A DNA stretch of 16,955 nt from Candidatus Thorarchaeota archaeon. Lineage in GTDB: Archaea; Asgardarchaeota; Thorarchaeia; Thorarchaeales; Thorarchaeaceae. The notes under the pieces were generated by a model. The model searched no databases. It was not told where the DNA came from and saw only the letters and a list, made by a program, of their open reading frames with translations. Position numbers and translations under genes: made by a program. The stretch spans positions 1 through 16,955 of the forward strand of contig PRDJ01000070.1 of the NCBI GenBank assembly GCA_003345555.1. Reading direction: 5' to 3'. This document shows, piece after piece, positions 14,209 through 16,955 of this stretch. The stretch's first letter is position 1. Each line of letters starts with the position of its first letter.

Positions 14209-15213
14209 TCAGCTCACGAGTCTCAGTGAAGTTACGGAATCGCTGTGTAGCAGGTCCGTTGGCAACTTCATTATTCTTGTGACCTGAGTGGCTTCGTCAG
14301 CCAGCCCTGTCTTCTCGAGCATCTCAGCAAATTCAAGGCCAGTAGTAATCGTCAAGCCCTTGATTGGCTTGCCCTCACGACATGACCTAATCATGTCATC
14401 TGCAGGCACTACCATACATTGCAGGCTTATGCCGCGGGCCTTTTCAAGCTGAATAAGACCTTTCTTGGCTATGCCCCTAATCTCTCGCTGCTCGTCTGTG
14501 AACGCCTTTCGCTTTACGATTCGTTCGAGTCTTACAGTGCCACTTCTAATCAGTTTCTCGGCGGATAGCCTTGTCCCGTAAAGAGATTGTACGGTCTTCA
14601 CAGTTGTTGTGACAAGCCATGCAGAACCATAGGCCTCTTGATACCGCATAGCCTTGATGATTTCCGCCTCGCTCAGAAGAGTAATCGACCGATAACCCTT
14701 GTACTCGACACAGAGAGTCCAGTCAGGGTCCTTGTGAGTCACAATGAGGTCGGGCGTTAGTCCTTCACCGGTTACAGGAACGCTTGTTGTCACGTCCGGG
14801 AAGAGACGTGAGACCAAGGCAGTGAAAGACTGGTGGAATAGGTTGTGGCGGAGATTCCGGGCCTCCTGTGGATGCCTTAGTCCGGCATCTTGATACAACT
14901 GTGGCATGTCAGCCCTGTGTCCAGTCCTTAGACTTACCTCACTTCTTGTCGTCAGCCGCCCTCGGGATTGGTTGTACCTGACCAGTCGGACCGCAGCTTC
15001 ACTACCCAGAAGCTCAAAAACAAGCCCTCCAAGATCCGTATTGTGAGCAGCCAACCCCTCTTGCTTCCTGCGGCGGGCCTCCGACTCAGCCCACCTGATG
15101 ACATCTTGAGCATCATTGCCCAGCAGATCTACTATCGAATCGAGCTTGTCCTCTAGGCTGTGCGCTCTGATGTATTTCCTCAGAGCGAGGCTGTAGGTGA
15201 TTCTCGAATGCAT
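14209..15213 (-). CDS. Restriction-endonuclease-like PD-(D/E)XK protein (Mrr-like core)
   Basis: GLTPDLIV....LCVEYKG (PD...ExK), followed by AWLVTTT and, later, LTITTGLEFAEML, the Mrr-type terminal strand-helix. Confidence 0.7.
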   Translation of the reverse strand: MHSRITYSLALRKYIRAHSLEDKLDSIVDLLGNDAQDVIRWAESEARRRKQEGLAAHNTDLGGLVFELLGSEAAVRLVRYNQSRGRLTTRSEVSLRTGHRADMPQLYQDAGLRHPQEARNLRHNLFHQSFTALVSRLFPDVTTSVPVTGEGLTPDLIVTHKDPDWTLCVEYKGYRSITLLSEAEIIKAMRYQEAYGSAWLVTTTVKTVQSLYGTRLSAEKLIRSGTVRLERIVKRKAFTDEQREIRGIAKKGLIQLEKARGISLQCMVVPADDMIRSCREGKPIKGLTITTGLEFAEMLEKTGLADEATQVTRIMKLPTDLLHSDSVTSLRLVS

Positions 15214-15260
15214 GTATCGCCCACTCTCGGCTTAGACCTTGCACAAAGAACGCGTTGCCA

Positions 15261-15740
15261 TCAGAGGATGTCCTTGATCAGCTTCACTTCTTGGGTCTCG
15301 TCGTCGTAGGACACCAACTGGGCGTTTCGAAGGTCATGGATTGCCTTGATTACTGCAGTTGGCATGATACCTGTACTCGACTCCAGGTTCTTCCTTGTGA
15401 TAGCTGTCTTCGTGTTGTGCAGAGTGTAGAGGACCCGAGCATGCGGCTTTCCTCCAAAGACAGTCTCAATGAGCGTTATGTAAATGGCAAGCAAGTCACT
15501 AACGTCCACTTTTTCCTTGAGCTTGTCTTTCTCTGCTGACGCCTCTCTGTAGAGTTCTGAGACTCGCTGGAGCTGCTCAGTTATTTGAGACATCTCACTC
15601 TTGAGCTCGTCGCGCTCCTTCGTGACATCCTCTAGAGCTCTTGAGGATTGACCCGCCTTATCGAGGTCGTCAAGGAGCCCTTCGATTCTTGTTCTTAGCT
15701 CATCAACCTGCTGAAGCATGCTGCTTCTATCCGATACCAT
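15261..15740 (-). CDS. Short coiled-coil protein with C-terminal winged-helix domain (paralogous head to 7405..8862)
   Basis: About 75 aa of heptads, then HARVLYTLHNTKTAITRKNLESSTGIMPTAVIKAIHDLRNAQLVSYDDETQEVKL. ATG 15740 has GAGGAG 6 nt upstream and a TATA at 15775-15780, so it is preferred over 15875. Confidence 0.85.
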   Translation of the reverse strand: MVSDRSSMLQQVDELRTRIEGLLDDLDKAGQSSRALEDVTKERDELKSEMSQITEQLQRVSELYREASAEKDKLKEKVDVSDLLAIYITLIETVFGGKPHARVLYTLHNTKTAITRKNLESSTGIMPTAVIKAIHDLRNAQLVSYDDETQEVKLIKDIL

Positions 15741-15774
15741 TTGGCTCTCCTCAATCTTGGATATGGATAGCCGC

Positions 15775-15780
15775 TTTATA
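15775..15780 (-). promoter_or_regulatory. Putative TATA box (TATAAA) for the short coiled-coil-wH gene
   Basis: Minus strand GTGAAACTCATATAAAGCGG, 35 nt upstream of ATG 15740. Confidence 0.55.
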
Positions 15781-15878
15781 TGAGTTTCACATATACATGC
15801 CGCGGCCCCGCGAGGAAGGCTACGGTTATCCCGTTTCTTAGTCTGACCGTGACCAATCTCACCAACAGAAGCCATGGT

Positions 15879-16787
15879 TTAAGTCCAGAGCATTGGAATC
15901 AAGACATAGGCCGCGATTAACAAAGTCAGCAGCGCCACAAGTAGGGCGACCCATACGTCCTTTCTCCAAAGAACGATCCGTGCTCCGTCAAACGGGGGAA
16001 ACGGAATAAGATTGAACAAACCAAGCATGCCGTTGAGAATCGCGGCATATTGAATCACGTAGCTGAACGGAAATCCCAGTGACCCAAGGAAGAAAGCAAT
16101 CACGGCAACTCCCACGAAGATCGAAGCCAACACAGCGTTCGATAGCGGGCCTGCCAACGTGGATTTGGCATCCTTATCTGGACTCGAAGATCCTGATGTG
16201 AATACTGCACCTGTACCAAACACCGGAATCGAGAACAGTATCGCCATGGCTGATAGAAAGTAACCATAGGGCAGCATTCTGAACTCGCTCCACATGCCAT
16301 AGTGCTGCGCTACGAACTTGTGGGCCATCTCATGTATCATAAACGAAGATAGAAAGATGACTACAAGTGCGACTGGATACCACCACAAGCCAGCGGCAAT
16401 TATGCCGGGTAGCACGAACAAGGTTGAGATGATACCACCCGGACTCCCCATCATAGACAAAGCAACCAAGCAGACAAGAATAGACGCAATGCCAATGTCT
16501 CTCCTCTCATGTGATGAGAATCTCGACCGCCTAACCTGACTGACCTCGATAGGCCGTCTCAAAATCGGCGGGCGAACGGAAGTTGTGTTCTCCTCTGTCT
16601 CTTCGTCAGCCTCTACGTATTCACCGCTGAACGAATCAGCTATCCTCTTCCTAGCATCATCACGAGCTCTTTGCATGCTCGGGCATCCGTGACTCTCTGG
16701 AAGACGGTGCTCTGCACAGAATACTCCATTGCAGTACTGGCATGTAAAACAGAGTTCTTCCTGTCCGCACAGAGAGCATCGGACCAT
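15879..16787 (-). CDS. AN1-type zinc finger fused to M50 (site-2) intramembrane metalloprotease
   Basis: CSLCG...CFTCQYCNGVFCAEHRLPESHGC (zf-AN1), HEMAH (HExxH) within a TM segment, AGPLSN and FNLIPFPPFDG (NxxPxxxxDG). ATG 16787 is 9 nt after GGAGG; 16796 abuts the SD. Confidence 0.92.
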   Translation of the reverse strand: MVRCSLCGQEELCFTCQYCNGVFCAEHRLPESHGCPSMQRARDDARKRIADSFSGEYVEADEETEENTTSVRPPILRRPIEVSQVRRSRFSSHERRDIGIASILVCLVALSMMGSPGGIISTLFVLPGIIAAGLWWYPVALVVIFLSSFMIHEMAHKFVAQHYGMWSEFRMLPYGYFLSAMAILFSIPVFGTGAVFTSGSSSPDKDAKSTLAGPLSNAVLASIFVGVAVIAFFLGSLGFPFSYVIQYAAILNGMLGLFNLIPFPPFDGARIVLWRKDVWVALLVALLTLLIAAYVLIPMLWT

Positions 16788-16955
16788 ATCACGCATCCTC
16801 CAAATCAGGTCTGCATCGTATGCTGCGAGGATGATTCGGTTTTGTTATATCCGTATTCCTTCCGGCGCGTCATTAGCAACGGATTGATCGCGTGCGGCAC
16901 GGCAACAGGGGACAATCGATTCGGGCATGGTATCCATTATGATAGTCCAACCCTG

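Noticed and set aside
4782-15213. Anti-phage defence island, suggested by two or three nuclease-like genes
   Set aside because: The nucleases are dispersed among metabolic and signalling genes with no methylase, ATPase/helicase, toxin-antitoxin or mobility genes, and no compositional shift is obvious by eye.
1-16955. CRISPR array, tRNA/rRNA, IS element or terminal inverted repeats
   Set aside because: No regularly spaced repeats, cloverleaf or T-loop motifs, rRNA-like stretches or transposase motifs seen; nearly all sequence is accounted for by CDSs.
1-16955. Selenocysteine (TGA) or pyrrolysine (TAG) read-through
   Set aside because: The recognised proteins are complete at their stops; read-through frames checked at 211, 4324 and 4418 give no meaningful continuation.
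16845-16955. Possible gene end at the right edge (minus frame QGWTIIMDTMPESIVPCC...)
   Set aside because: Too short and no recognisable motif; cannot be supported from this window.

Overview
A gene-dense window of roughly 50-55% GC (by eye), almost certainly archaeal and most likely Asgard (Thorarchaeota-like). This is inferred from TATA-type promoters, a stand-alone roadblock protein, Asgard-style longin domains, split Alg14/Alg13 and an AN1 zinc-finger fusion. Left part: a minus-strand FAD-linked oxidase followed by a partial (Fe-S)-binding GlcF/HdrD-like partner, a sequon-rich DUF2341 membrane glycoprotein, alg14-alg13, an unknown basic-tailed protein, a PD-(D/E)XK nuclease and a transglutaminase-like protein. 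Right part: two convergent gene runs meeting at 12814/12816. The plus run is a long coiled-coil/winged-helix protein, the AmmeMemoRadiSam radical SAM enzyme, DUF2797, and two tandem longin + double winged-helix paralogues. The minus run is an AN1-Znf/M50 protease, a short coiled-coil/winged-helix paralogue, an Mrr-like nuclease, roadblock/LC7 and an orphan NifB-like radical SAM enzyme. The best candidate for an interesting system is the tandem longin-wH-wH pair, which resembles the eukaryotic GATOR1 subunits NPRL2/NPRL3 and lies near a roadblock gene between two related coiled-coil-wH genes. No rRNA, tRNA, CRISPR array or mobile element was recognised. All family assignments come from motif recognition by eye; no searches were run.
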